A DNA stretch of 64,000 bases. It comes from Halocafeteria seosinensis. Lineage: Eukaryota. The stretch lies in NCBI GenBank assembly GCA_001687465.1, contig LVLI01000118.1, positions 62,001 to 126,000 of the forward strand, read 5' to 3'. Each line of letters starts with the position of its first letter. Within the stretch, counting starts at the first letter, position 1. The translations under genes and the position numbers were made by a program. The notes below the pieces were generated by a model. It saw nothing but the letters and a program-made list of their open reading frames with translations. It had not been told where the DNA came from and ran no database searches. Shown piece after piece: positions 1 to 11,302 of the stretch.

Positions 1-1871
1 ACGGCACTGCCTCCGGAGCAGCCAAACGAGATGGCAAGCTAATCAAAGAGGAAGAATCAGAAAAGGGTAATGTTTCGAAAAAGGTTTATCTGGCCTATGG
101 AAGAGCCACGGGAGGATGTCTAGCTGTTACCATACTCTTTCTGTCTTTTGGATTCTACTCGGCTATGAATGTAATGGTTAATTGGTGGCTTTCCTATTGG
201 AGCGACCATGCTCCTGAAACCGATGACTCAGGGGATGGGAAGTCGAATTTATACTATTACCGTATATACGTCGGGCTGTCTTTTGCTGCAATTTTCCTAC
301 TTATTGTATCGCGTTTCTTCGTCGCGTTGCTAGGAATTCGTGCATCGAATGCTCTTCATGAACGTCTCATTCGGGTTATTTTGCATGCAATGCAAAGCTT
401 CTTTGACACTACACCAGTGGGTAGGATTCTTAACAGATTTTCTCAGGATATCTATACCGTGGATGAGCGACTCCCAACAACGTTTTCGACGTTCCTTATG
501 GTCTCTTTGAATGTGATCTCTACGCTAGTGGTTATTTCCACAATTACTCCGTGGTTTCTCGTTGCTCTGGTGCCTATTTTGGTTGTGTATATTTATATCC
601 AAAGGTTTTACGTGACCACATCTCGAGAACTACGCAGATTGGACTCCGTTTCCAAATCTCCCATTTTCGCCAATTTTAGCCAAACTCTAAACGGGTTCGT
701 AACGATTCGCGCCTATAACGAAAATGACAGGTTTATCCAAAGAAACGACGACTCATTAGACCGGAACCAACAGGCATATTTTATGTATACAACATCTAAC
801 CGTTGGCTGGCTGTGCGTTTAGAGTTGATTGGTGCTCTAATCGTAGGGGGCTCGGCCCTCTTTGCTGTCATTGCCCGCGGTACAATCAACTCATCACTCG
901 CTGGTTTGAGCATTAGTTACGCCTTGGGCATTACTCAAGCATTAAACTGGGTAATACGTATGGCTGGACAAGCGGAAACGTACATCGTCGCGGTTGAGCG
1001 TATCAACGAATATAGTTCTGTGGTAACGGAATGTGACCCAGATGAAACTCCGGAGGAAGCCTTAGAGGTTGCTGCTCAGGTCGGAGTGGACCAAACATGG
1101 CCGCAGAAAGGAGAAGTTTCAGTGAGAGATCTATCTTTGGCCTACAGAAGAGATGGCGACTATGTTTTGCATGATATTTCGTTCAAGATTCGTGGTTGTG
1201 AAAAAGTTGGTATCTGCGGCCGGACTGGTGCTGGAAAATCGAGCCTCGTATCTGCACTCTATCGGTTGGCGGATGTCCAAGAGGGCACTATCACTATCGA
1301 TGGCATAGACATCAGAACTATCCCCTTGAACGTTCTGAGGTCAAGAATTTCTATCATTCCTCAGGATCCCACCCTATTCAGTGGAACCCTCCGGCGCAAT
1401 CTGGATCCTTTGGAGAGACACAGTGATGCTGAGATTTGGAGGGCTCTGAGCCAGGTATCACTTGAAGAGCCAGTCCGAAAAGCGAATGAGCAGCTGAATA
1501 GTCCAGTAAGCGAAGGTGGAGAAAACTGGAGCGATGGACAAAGGCAGCTTATTTGTATGGCGCGGGCGTTACTCCGCAACTCTAAAATCATCATTCTAGA
1601 TGAGGCAACAGCTTCTGTTGACGTGGAAAGCGATGCCATTTTACAGCAAACAATACGGAACCAATTTAAAAACAACACTGTTATCACAATTGCGCACAGG
1701 GTACATACCATCTTGGATTCAGATAGAGTGATGGTACTGGATGACGGTGAAATCGCAGAGTTTGATTCACCATCCAGGCTCTTATCGAAATCAGGCTCAC
1801 TGTTCAGTGAACTGATGAAGTCAAGTAAGCAAGCGGCCGAGAAAGCACAAGAACAAGGCGGCGAAGAGTGA
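1..1871 (+). CDS. ABCC: ABCC/MRP-type ABC transporter, C-terminal half (TMD2 + NBD2); 5' end lies outside the window
   Basis: Frame is open from position 3 (GKLIKEEESEKGNVSKKVYLAY, typical ABCC linker). Motifs FFDTTPVGRILNRFSQD, NRWLAVRLE, Walker A GRTGAGKS, signature WSDGQRQL, Walker B ILDEATASVD, IAHR. Confidence 0.96.
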   Translation, partial: GTASGAAKRDGKLIKEEESEKGNVSKKVYLAYGRATGGCLAVTILFLSFGFYSAMNVMVNWWLSYWSDHAPETDDSGDGKSNLYYYRIYVGLSFAAIFLLIVSRFFVALLGIRASNALHERLIRVILHAMQSFFDTTPVGRILNRFSQDIYTVDERLPTTFSTFLMVSLNVISTLVVISTITPWFLVALVPILVVYIYIQRFYVTTSRELRRLDSVSKSPIFANFSQTLNGFVTIRAYNENDRFIQRNDDSLDRNQQAYFMYTTSNRWLAVRLELIGALIVGGSALFAVIARGTINSSLAGLSISYALGITQALNWVIRMAGQAETYIVAVERINEYSSVVTECDPDETPEEALEVAAQVGVDQTWPQKGEVSVRDLSLAYRRDGDYVLHDISFKIRGCEKVGICGRTGAGKSSLVSALYRLADVQEGTITIDGIDIRTIPLNVLRSRISIIPQDPTLFSGTLRRNLDPLERHSDAEIWRALSQVSLEEPVRKANEQLNSPVSEGGENWSDGQRQLICMARALLRNSKIIILDEATASVDVESDAILQQTIRNQFKNNTVITIAHRVHTILDSDRVMVLDDGEIAEFDSPSRLLSKSGSLFSELMKSSKQAAEKAQEQGGEE

Positions 1872-2106
1872 GTGACGCGCGAAAAGCCTGCGGCCTCGTA
1901 GTTTCGCTTGTATAGACACTTGTGAAACCAGAAAATACACTCTTTCTGGCTGACGTGAAGCCAAGAGTTACCAACCCAAGTTGAAGTACATTGAATGATT
2001 ACTACATTCCCTTCTATTGGGTTGTTTTCACCCAGTGTATATATGAACGCGTGAATGTATCGAGTTGCACAATACTTCCTCCTTCGTCACTGTTAATGAC
2101 GCAATC

Positions 2107-5100
2107 ATGGCTGAAGATGAAGGCCATGTCATTTGCCCCTCCATTGACGCCGTCTACCTCAGTCAATTACGGCGCATCATTCATACAGCTACATATCACG
2201 TGTCTGATATAAGCCCAGGATCTGCTCAGAGATTGCTCGATAAAGTAAGTCTCTACCAGTTCTTGTATCTGCTGGCTGGTCTTTGGTTTACGCTCTGTAT
2301 GTGTGTACCAGCTCGACCAAGGGGGAGATGACCAAGTCTCACAGAGAATTGGCGTCGTGAAGCGCTGTCTGGATTTGGTACTATGTTTGGAGGGCAAACC
2401 AGGGTCGTCAAATATTGTCCCTGGTGGAACAAGAATCAGGAAACCGAATCGAAGAGACATGGAATCGTCGCAGAGAATGGAAGCGCGATACTCACGAATG
2501 GTTCAGCAGCAGCAACAGGAAGCGAAGCACGACAAGACTCCCATACTGGATTGGTTTGATTATACTCTCGGTCTTTTGACGGTATCCTTTTATGACAGGG
2601 ACCAAATTTTCCTTCAGAATTCATCAGTCATTTGCGCTAATGTAAGTCATCCTTCCAACTTTACAAAGTGGGTGAGATCCGTTTTGAGTCGAAATCGGAA
2701 AGGATACCCTCTGTGGTGTGGTGATGTATCGCTGGATGGCCCAATATTAACAGTTATCAGAGATTCTATCACACGACAAGGAGCACCCGAATCTGCCAGA
2801 CTTGACGACGAGAACAAAGCAAGTAGTCGATCCATACAGCTTGCAAAGTTGGGGGAAGTTATATCCTCGAAGTTTCGGAGACGACTCTCCGGGCACATTG
2901 ATCTTTTAACTTTAATGTCATTTGTTGAAGCGTATCCTCAGTTTCAAGTTATCTCAGCAAGTACTAAGTCAGAAGTATCCGTAACGAAAGTGCTACAAGG
3001 TTACTGTGAATGTGGTGCTCCCCACAAACCTGCCGTGACATCAAGATACCAGCGTCGTCATCTTTCTCAGGTTTGCTCCCGAACCCTATCCAAACTCAAT
3101 GTCAGATTTCGACGATGGATTCGGAAAACCCAACTATACAAGTCTCAATTATCGTTTGTTGCTGCGGATATGCCGAACGAAGGATTCGTTTCCTCAGCGT
3201 GGAGTGGCTATGCTGTCGATAGTGAAGATCACACTGCCTGTTTCAGCAACGACTATTCCCGTGCGACGGAAGACACGAATGAGCTTAGTCGTATAAGAAG
3301 TCGATATCGCCGTCCTTTTGCAAACAATTTCTCGGAACTTCTTTTACCTCAGCATATTTCCGAATATGTTGCTTCCGTGAGTAGTACCGCACAATCAGAG
3401 ACATGGAAAGTCATGAGGTTACAGCACTATTTTGCATCGCTGGCCTTCTACTGTTCACAATATGTAGGACGTTCAATAAGTGTGACTTTGTCTGAAGGCA
3501 AATACAATGTCGCCTCTGTTTTGGTGATGAATTCATTTTTGGCGGAAGCATACGATAAGAGTTCCGGCATAGAAATTCCTCTTCAGACATTTCCTTTTGC
3601 TACCTTGAACCGGATGGTGGACTTCATCTTTCAGGAAAAGTGGCTGACAACAGCTGGGAACCACTCATCCGATCATTTGTTGAAGTTGTGCCAATACAGG
3701 AAAGAGGACAACAGCAAGCTGATGTGTTGTTGCGTTAGCAGAGTAGGTGACAGTCCGACGTTGACGCAGGATGTGGCATCCGAGTCTCTTGCGCAGAGCA
3801 TGTCTACAATAAAAGGGCTACAAACGTTTCCATTGGAAAAGAATAAAGATGACATTGATTGGAGAGTCTACCTTCTCTTGGTTTATTGCGCTGTTACAAA
3901 ACTCGCATCGGAAAATTCAAAGGATGGTATCGGTGTAAAGCTTAGGCTACGGCAACTTAGGGGCTACCTCAATGATAGAAAAATCAAGTGTCCCGGAAGC
4001 TTACCGGGTGTTCGAGAAGACCTTGTGAAATCACTCACATTTACATTTATTATGGATTCGTTACCGTTCGTAGAGCTACATCAGGAACAAAAGCCATATA
4101 CAGTTGAGTTAAAGCAGCAACCGCTTCGCTTGGGTCGTGATCTGAATATTATGCTTGAAGCATCGAGCGATGAAACTCAATTGCGCCACGCAGTATATTC
4201 CGAACTACCGAACGATGATAAGCAAGTAATTGAAGAATGGTTTCAGACACTTTGCCGGCAACTGCTGCTACTCTCCACTCCTCTTTTCCAGGATAAACAT
4301 AACATCGAAAATGTTAAAAAAGTTGCTTTAGAGCGGGTAAGAAACATTGATGCTAGAGGAGGCGAACCACTCTTCCTTGACGATATCGGCGCTTCAAGTG
4401 TGGTCTTGGTAACTTTAGTACAATCGCTCGAGAATTCCGAAGCGCGCACGTGGTTAAAGTTGAGCAGTGTAGAGGAGACATTACAAGGATCCTGTCGTAT
4501 AACATTTCCACGGGACAGGAAATTGGCAGATTTTATACACAATTATTGCCACCGTCGGCTTGAAATCTGTGAAGAAAAGAACGAAGCTTTCGTTCGATCT
4601 CGCCCGCTTCACTTTTCTTCGGACTCTGCCACATTTCTACCAGGCGAAATCTCTGTGAAGCCTCCAATGGGAGAGCAAGACGTTCTTGATACATTTTGCG
4701 GCTTTTTAAGGAAGCTCCGCTTGGATGGAAGCCATGGCGTCTTCATTGAATCGTTATTATCACTTGCACTTGGAGGAGAACTCGACATGAATGCTTGGGC
4801 TAATGTATATGAGTGGGTGACACAACAGCCATGGTGCCATTTGTCGTTTCCCACGAAATCCTTCTGCTCAGCATCAGTGGTATTGTTTTCTGAACATGCG
4901 CTGAGTTCTGTACCGCAGTCGTTTCGTGAGGTTGGTAGAGGAAGTGGCGGTGAACCGAATGCAACTTACGAAGGCGGCCATGCGACGGAACAGACTGTTC
5001 TCTCTTCCACTGGTTTACCTTCGAGATATTATATTTATGGGGAAGGAGTCGGTATTGAAGAAGATCTCCATCACGAATTCAAGGGAGGTTTTACAGGTGG

Positions 5101-6208
5101 TGTTCACAAGGCTATACTAAACATTGCACCTAGATACGTAGTGGCGTACCTGAATGCCTCCGGAGGAACGCTGTACTTTGGAATCACTAATGAAGGCACT
5201 GTTCACGGGGTAAAACTCTGTCGTGCAGATAAGGACGCAATAAATTTGGCGAAGGACTCGATAGCGCAGGTATGTATTGTATTCGCTGATTCGGTGGGAG
5301 TTTTATGACTGATCTACATGAACTTGGTTCTGTGTTTGCGCAGAGAATAGGGCCTCAGGGAGTACTTTACCTAATAGACCATCCTGTTTTCATGCCCGTC
5401 TTTCGCAGGCTGTCCCACGCGAGTCAAGACGGCAGTTACTTTGAGGGACTACCAAACACTTATGTGATCGAACTGAATGTTAGCGCCAGTCCGAACCCTA
5501 GTGTACTTCACTATGAAATACGATCCAACGTCCCTAAGCGTTCGGGGAAGGACATCAAAGATTCAGCATATGTTTACTGGGTACGACAGGCGGCTAGCGT
5601 TCGCGCCATGAGCGACCCGCAAGAGATCGCGGAGTGGGCATTTGGTAGAGGAAGAACCTACGGTGGTGCTACAGATAGACATAGTCTGCATATCTCCCGA
5701 TTGAACGAAGCGCCGACCAGTCTTCCCGGTAATAGCACTTTACAAGAAACGTCCACCACGACGAATGCTGAGACGAAGTCTTCTTTGCCTTTATCCCCGG
5801 ATGAGAGTAATCCGCAATATCGAGAAGTTGACATTGCGCTTGCCCCGGAACACGGGGTTGCTTGGCAAGTGCCGTCCGATAAAAGGCTCAAAGACAGCTT
5901 TGGTAGCAATACAGTGCTGACTCTACGATTATCTCAAACTCCATTGAAGAATGTAGGTGCATTATTCCGCAAACATTATCTGAATCAACTTTATTCACTC
6001 CTGGTTGTGTCCACAGGGAGTTGGACTGGTCGTAGAATCGTTAGGTGGAATTCTATGTAAGACCCAGATTATTTGCTCGGGTGCACTACTGTTGGAAGTA
6101 AATGGCGAAAGCGTGGAGAAACTAAGGTTGAATAAAATCCGGAAAATTCTGGCTCCCGGGAAGATAAGAAGACTTAGATTTTTATCACCCTTGCCTCGAG
6201 AATCGTAG
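2107..6208 (+). CDS. ~1298-aa protein with winged-helix/LOTUS-like repeats, a Schlafen/AlbA_2 domain and a C-terminal PDZ-like region; exons 2107-2244, 2312-5269, 5344-5952, 6017-6208
   Basis: Three phase-0 GT-AG introns join four ORF-track fragments in frame. AlbA_2 motifs: EEDLHHEFK, YVVAYLNASGGTLYFGITNEGTVHGV, YVIELNV, YWVRQAAS. C-terminal LLLEVNGESV..L..IRKIL resembles PDZ. Confidence 0.8.
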
Positions 6209-6445
6209 TTATGCAGTGCGGAGAGCGACCGTCAATTTTCAGCAGTCTGTGGGCACCTGACCAAGTAGAGTGGGTAGAAGAGTCGAATCGGGTATTCTGC
6301 TCCTCCCTAACGGGACAAACAAATAGTACAAACCCTTCGTATATTCCTGGAAATTCTGGCTCGCGGAAAACAGCTAGACTTAAATATTTATCGCGTGTAC
6401 TTGGGGAATCTTAGTTGTGCATTATGGAAAAGGACCTGTCAACTT

Positions 6446-7228
6446 TCAGCAGTCGGGCCAACAGAACGAAAAAACACGACAAATTATTCGTGGAATCAAC
6501 GTGCCAATTAAGAAGCCCATCCTGAGCAACTCCATCGTCGCTAGTAAAAGAATATCTACAAATACATACCTGTCGCATATCCTTAACTTTCGAACCACCG
6601 GAAAGACGTACGACAACACATGTAAAAAATATGCATCCGCGCCATTGGGATGGGTCTTTGCGTTTCCGTACATATGGTTGATACTGGAATTCAGAAGCAA
6701 CACCGTAAAGTACAAAATATTTTGCGCATACTCCCGAAACAACCGCGAAACACAACGTTGAAAGTACGAAGCCAACCCATCCGGATTTGTCTGAGCTTCT
6801 TGGGACATATATTGGATTCCCACTGTCGCTTTGTCATCAGCGCTTGTGGAGATGTCTCTTCGTCCATCGCACCTCGAATCTCGCTGTTCCTGGCGTGCTC
6901 TTGAGGCACGTACTAAATGTCGTACAGTTCCATGCGATGCAAACGGCGAAGGAAGAGGTCTTCTAGGGGTAGGAAGAGGTCTTTTAGGGGTACCAGTAGG
7001 ACGAGGTCTTATAGGGGTTGGACGAGGAGTTGACTGGCTTGGTCCAGAATTTTCATTCAAACGCTGATGCTCTGACCCTTCGTGTGAATCGCGACGACGA
7101 CGAAAATGTGTTTCTTCGTCTTCACTGCTTAGAGAAGTATCACTCTCGGGCGAGATACCCACGCATCCAAACATGTCACTCGGACGTGCAAATAATGGAT
7201 CCGTTTGATCTTCTCCTATGCTGTCCAT
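6446..7228 (-). CDS. Hypothetical protein with acidic/Pro-rich N-half and hydrophobic C-terminus (first ATG 7228; frame open to 7501)
   Basis: Long ORF filling the space between neighbours; low-complexity S/E/P-rich segment followed by hydrophobic helices. No family recognised. Confidence 0.55.
   Translation of the reverse strand: MDSIGEDQTDPLFARPSDMFGCVGISPESDTSLSSEDEETHFRRRRDSHEGSEHQRLNENSGPSQSTPRPTPIRPRPTGTPKRPLPTPRRPLPSPFASHGTVRHLVRASRARQEQRDSRCDGRRDISTSADDKATVGIQYMSQEAQTNPDGLASYFQRCVSRLFREYAQNILYFTVLLLNSSINHMYGNAKTHPNGADAYFLHVLSYVFPVVRKLRICDRYVFVDILLLATMELLRMGFLIGTLIPRIICRVFSFCWPDC
6951..7027. repeat. Imperfect 21-bp tandem repeat (GGAAGAGGTCTTNTAGGGGTA-like, about 3.4 copies) encoding Pro-rich repeats on the minus strand
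   Basis: Units at 6951-6971, 6972-6992 and 6999-7019, plus a partial unit at 7020-7027. Confidence 0.85.
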
Positions 7229-7798
7229 TATGCACCTGTTGACCAGTCCTACACACTGTAATTGTTGTTGTTGGTTTTTTTTTTGTTTTTGGTAACTCTC
7301 ACGCTGTAACCAGGGTAGGATAGTCGAATCAGGTACTCTGCTCTGGAGCGTGGGAGAAAGAAATTGTACAAACTCTCCGCTTGATCGAAAGTAGAAGAGT
7401 GGCTGGCCCGCGTACAACTCTGCGCTCGCGCAGTGGTCGCAAGTCCGGTCGCAGCAGGTTCTGTTTATACTGGCTATCCTACGAGCATTGTAATACGACA
7501 CGGAATCATTGCAAACGGATAAGATTCGTAACGTTTCTTGGTAGCTTTTGGCTTGAAATTAGAGGCAGAAGAGTGCCACAACAAGCTAGAGACGACCTCA
7601 GTCGCAGCAGCACCCATTGAGTGTAGGGGTGCATGCCTCCATCGCGTGCCAGCGTTGATTAATGCTCCATGGTAGCAGTGGTGGTGCATTAGAAATCAAT
7701 GACATCGGTGAAGAAAAGCATGTTCAGGACTCGTTGAACAGCTGTAGTGTGGAAGGCAAAGCGCTTCACCCGCGCTCCCCAACGGAACTATTTGAGCC

Positions 7799-9334
7799 AT
7801 GGATGGATTCCTGCTGTTTTCAGCGGTCAGTGGAAGCTTAGTATGGCACTTTGTAAGTCAAAGTTAAAGGATTACATATAAGTCGTGGAAATTTTGAATC
7901 TTTGGGCATCCCTACAGCCTATCAGCGTGAACTATGGACTGCCATACTGTCCTGAAGAATTGTCAAGAACTACCAACGGGGTGCAACACAAGGAAGAACT
8001 TAACCTAGGCTCGTTTCTTTATGCGGTGCAAGCGTACGCATCTGATATTTTCACAGAAAGTGCTAGCGAGCTTACCATAACGGAGGAACCGTCCATGCGA
8101 ACTGTAGATCTTCAAGGGAAGCGGATCGTCTTTTTTTCGTATGTCGCAACTGGCGAGTCGTGCTTGGCCCCAGGTCTCTCCAAACAAATTACAGAGTGGG
8201 ATCAAAAGCTGGAAGGATGTCATGCTAGCGTGTGTATGTCCGCAAGTCTCATTCTTGACCCAACCAGCCAATGAAGGATTAAGGACTGTACTATCTCAAG
8301 CAATGGGGTTACTTCTAGAATACGTTCAACAATATCCGCAACACGTTTTCGGAAAACGGATAAAGCGCACCCTCATAGACCATTTTCTGGGAACCCTGCC
8401 TTTGCAACTGTTAAGCTGTTTGAGAAAAAAAGTATCTGATGCTTTTCTACCAAATTTCTCACGTTCAAGTGAAAACGAAACCGTATCCGACCGTAGCGGG
8501 TGGGAAAACGTACGGAGTGCTGAAACTGTTGACGGTACCGATGAAGCAGTGCAAGCATCTGATACGTGTTCTACTCCCCCAACTCTAAAAAAGTGCATTG
8601 GAGCTATAATGGAAGACCATAGAGAAGCTTTGAATGAGACTGATCCTAGCAGGCAGTTTCTGGTTGTAGTGCTAAATGAGTCAACCATGAGAAGCAGTGT
8701 GCAGAGTCTGCTGCAATCAGCACAGCGTCCTTCCGAAGGATCAAGTGTTCTTCCAGCTCGCCCTGGAAGAATAGTTAGAGCCGGAAGAAGGTTCAAAAAC
8801 ATGTTCACCGTCTTCAGATCGAGGGATAAGGCTTCTGGCGAGAATGCTTCCTCTGCTGCACACTTCAGGAATCAGAAACTGTCGCTGCGGCCTCGAATTG
8901 AACTCGTGCAGCAGCAGAATGACATGAAAGAGTTTACACGTACAGCGCTAAATGGGATGGTCTCCCTCGATGCCCGATGGAGTGAGGTCGTCGACTTTAT
9001 CTCCTCGAAATTCCCTGTCATCCAGCAGCTACTAACAACGAAGCTGAGAACTTCTGTACCAGCTAGTGAAGTAGGGTGCCAGTACCACCTACTCATTTTC
9101 CCTGATGTTAATTCGTCGCTGCTTGTTGAACCTGTGCTGGTGATAAAATCGACACATTGGATCATCGTCACGTTGGACCGATCAGTTATGGAAATGAGCC
9201 TAGAAACAATTAATGAGGATCCGTTGATAAGGATTCCAAATGGTCAAAAATTGAGTTTAAATTTCCTATACAGTGAGCTTGACGCGATAGGCGACATGAC
9301 AAGCAACTGTTTCAAGTTAGGGAGATTGTTGTGA
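7799..9334 (+). CDS. Protein with longin-like N-terminal domain; exons 7799-7852, 7918-~8152, ~8229/8247-9334
   Basis: Exon 1 MDGFLLFSAVSGSLVWHF|gtaagt splices in frame to PISVNYGLP. The strand-turn-strand start, helix NLGSFLYAVQAYA and strands MRTVDLQGKRIVF fit a longin pattern. Second intron boundaries are uncertain. Confidence 0.6.
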
Positions 9335-9420
9335 TATCAATGTAACTAATGAAATGTATGGACTAGCCGTGCACTTATAGGAGAGTCCGTTTTGGCTTCA
9401 GAAGAGGTACTTTACTCAGG

Positions 9421-10697
9421 CTACTCCCTGGAAGTTGTTCCATCTTCTCTAACTACAAATTTCCTGGGTGCGGACTTTGTGGTGGCGTGCTCTGGCTTCG
9501 TATCTTGTGGCGGATTATCACTAGGTTCGCTCTGATGGACGAAATCGTAAGACTCATCAGACTCTACGTGAGCCTTGGATGCATGCTCTGCTGGTCTGTA
9601 CTTCGTTGAGTACACCTCCCCAAATTCTTTCAGTAGATCTTCAGTGTCGTCCGCCCCTGAGTAAGTCGTGGTCGGTGCTCCCTGTGGGTCATATGATGCC
9701 ATTTCCGCCTCCAGGCCGCTAATTTGAGCAAATTCTTCGGAGGCAATATGTAAAGCCTCACTGAGTGTTTCAGCCTCCTTTTTATATTGTTCCATCATGG
9801 CTTCAGCCCTCTCTTTGGTTCCAATCTCTGAACGCCATTTGGAAATAGCTTGTTGTGCTTGGTTTTTCGAATTGGCAGCTTTCTGAATCATACAGGAGTT
9901 GCACCATAATGCTAGCTTTTGAATAAGAGCATCGGGTTGCTTTTCCTTACCTTTTGTTCAGCTTGCACTGTCGCCTCCAAACGCTGCACTTCCGCGGTGT
10001 ACGATTCTTCGAGGATGCCGAAGAGAGAACGGGCATTCAGTAAACGAGCAATCGCGAGCACGGAGGTATCTGTAAGTGTACCCATTGAACAGGCGAATGA
10101 GTGTCATCCAACATAGCGTACAGCCATGTCGCCGTAGGAAGTCAACTTACGTAAGAACCACTTGGAATTCCACATCCTCGTTAAGAACAAAATAATTCCT
10201 AAGAGGGCGCACAGTTGTCGAAGTACTAACCATTTCTTGGACTCCGACGTAGTTGCCATGATAATAGCAGTGAGAACAATATCGAAAACGCATACCAAAC
10301 TTGAAACGTAGCCCAGTAGATATAGCGGCCAATCCAACACGAGAAAAGTCTTTTCCAAATATGATGAATCTGTTTCACGACTCAGCGAGTGTACTTTCAG
10401 TACAAGCCAAACCATAGTTCCAAGAAGATCCAAAATAACGAAGGCTACCGTCGTTTGCTGCCATCCAATAGATTGTGCTACAGTTCCAAGTTTCTGCAAA
10501 AAACTCTCGTCGCTGCTATCGTCATCATCCTTCTCTTCTGGTGCTTCGTCTTTCGTGTGATGGTCCTTCAGACTGGTGCGTTTCCTCTGGCGAAGTTGGG
10601 AAGAAGACGGAGCCTCAGTCTCCCTTCCGGCTGCACTGGGTGCAGCAGAGCCATTCTCTTGCTCCGCTGAACTCTTTTCTGTAGACACTTTCTCCAT
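9421..10697 (-). CDS. 4-TM voltage-sensor-like (Hv1/TMEM266-like) protein with C-terminal coiled coil; exons 10697-10151, 10069-9951, 9882-9421
   Basis: Phase-consistent introns 10070-10150 and 9883-9950. S1 WQQTTVAFVILDLLGTMVWLVL, S4-like VLAIARLLNARSLFGIL, then a heptad-rich helix. The start may lie further upstream. Confidence 0.6.
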
Positions 10698-11302
10698 AAG
10701 TGTTTTCAAATCTGTATTTCCAGCGCTCCAGTGCTCCTCTGCAGTGTAACCCGTTGCTTTCTACCAACAGCGGTAGTAGTGCCAACCAAGCACCGTGGAT
10801 TAAGAGGCCTTTTCCAATAAATTAACTACAATATACTTTGTTTCTATACACAGAAAGAGAATTTCATTACATGCGTCTAGCAGTGGAACGTAGCAATTAC
10901 TTCGTATTGCAGTACGGCAGATCAAGTAACCAACCAGTCCTACCACGCAGTTCCCATCCATACACAACTTAAAACTACCGAGCAAAGAAAAGCATGAAGA
11001 AAAAATCACTTCCATTCATTCATTCATATTCTGTCATAGCCTACTCATAGGGCTGATTTTGTTGAAGTTGGGCAATTTGGGGTTCATTGTCCGGCCCGGC
11101 CGGCACCGTCCGGGAGAAAGGCCCGGACCGGCCCTGAGACGTTCTTAAAGGTCCCTTATTGTGTAGGTATTGTTCTCTACACGTTTCTGGGTCATTTACG
11201 GTGCTCGTTCGTAGAAAGACACGTTCGGTCATCTGTACGTTACTGCGTAGAGGCTGTCCTATAGAGGAAACTCTGGTTCTGAAGAGTGGAAAACGCTAGA
11301 GA

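Noticed and set aside
11091..11135. GC-rich CCGG cluster with a 7-bp stem in a divergent promoter region
   Set aside because: Too short to separate from chance. It may be a promoter element but is unsupported.
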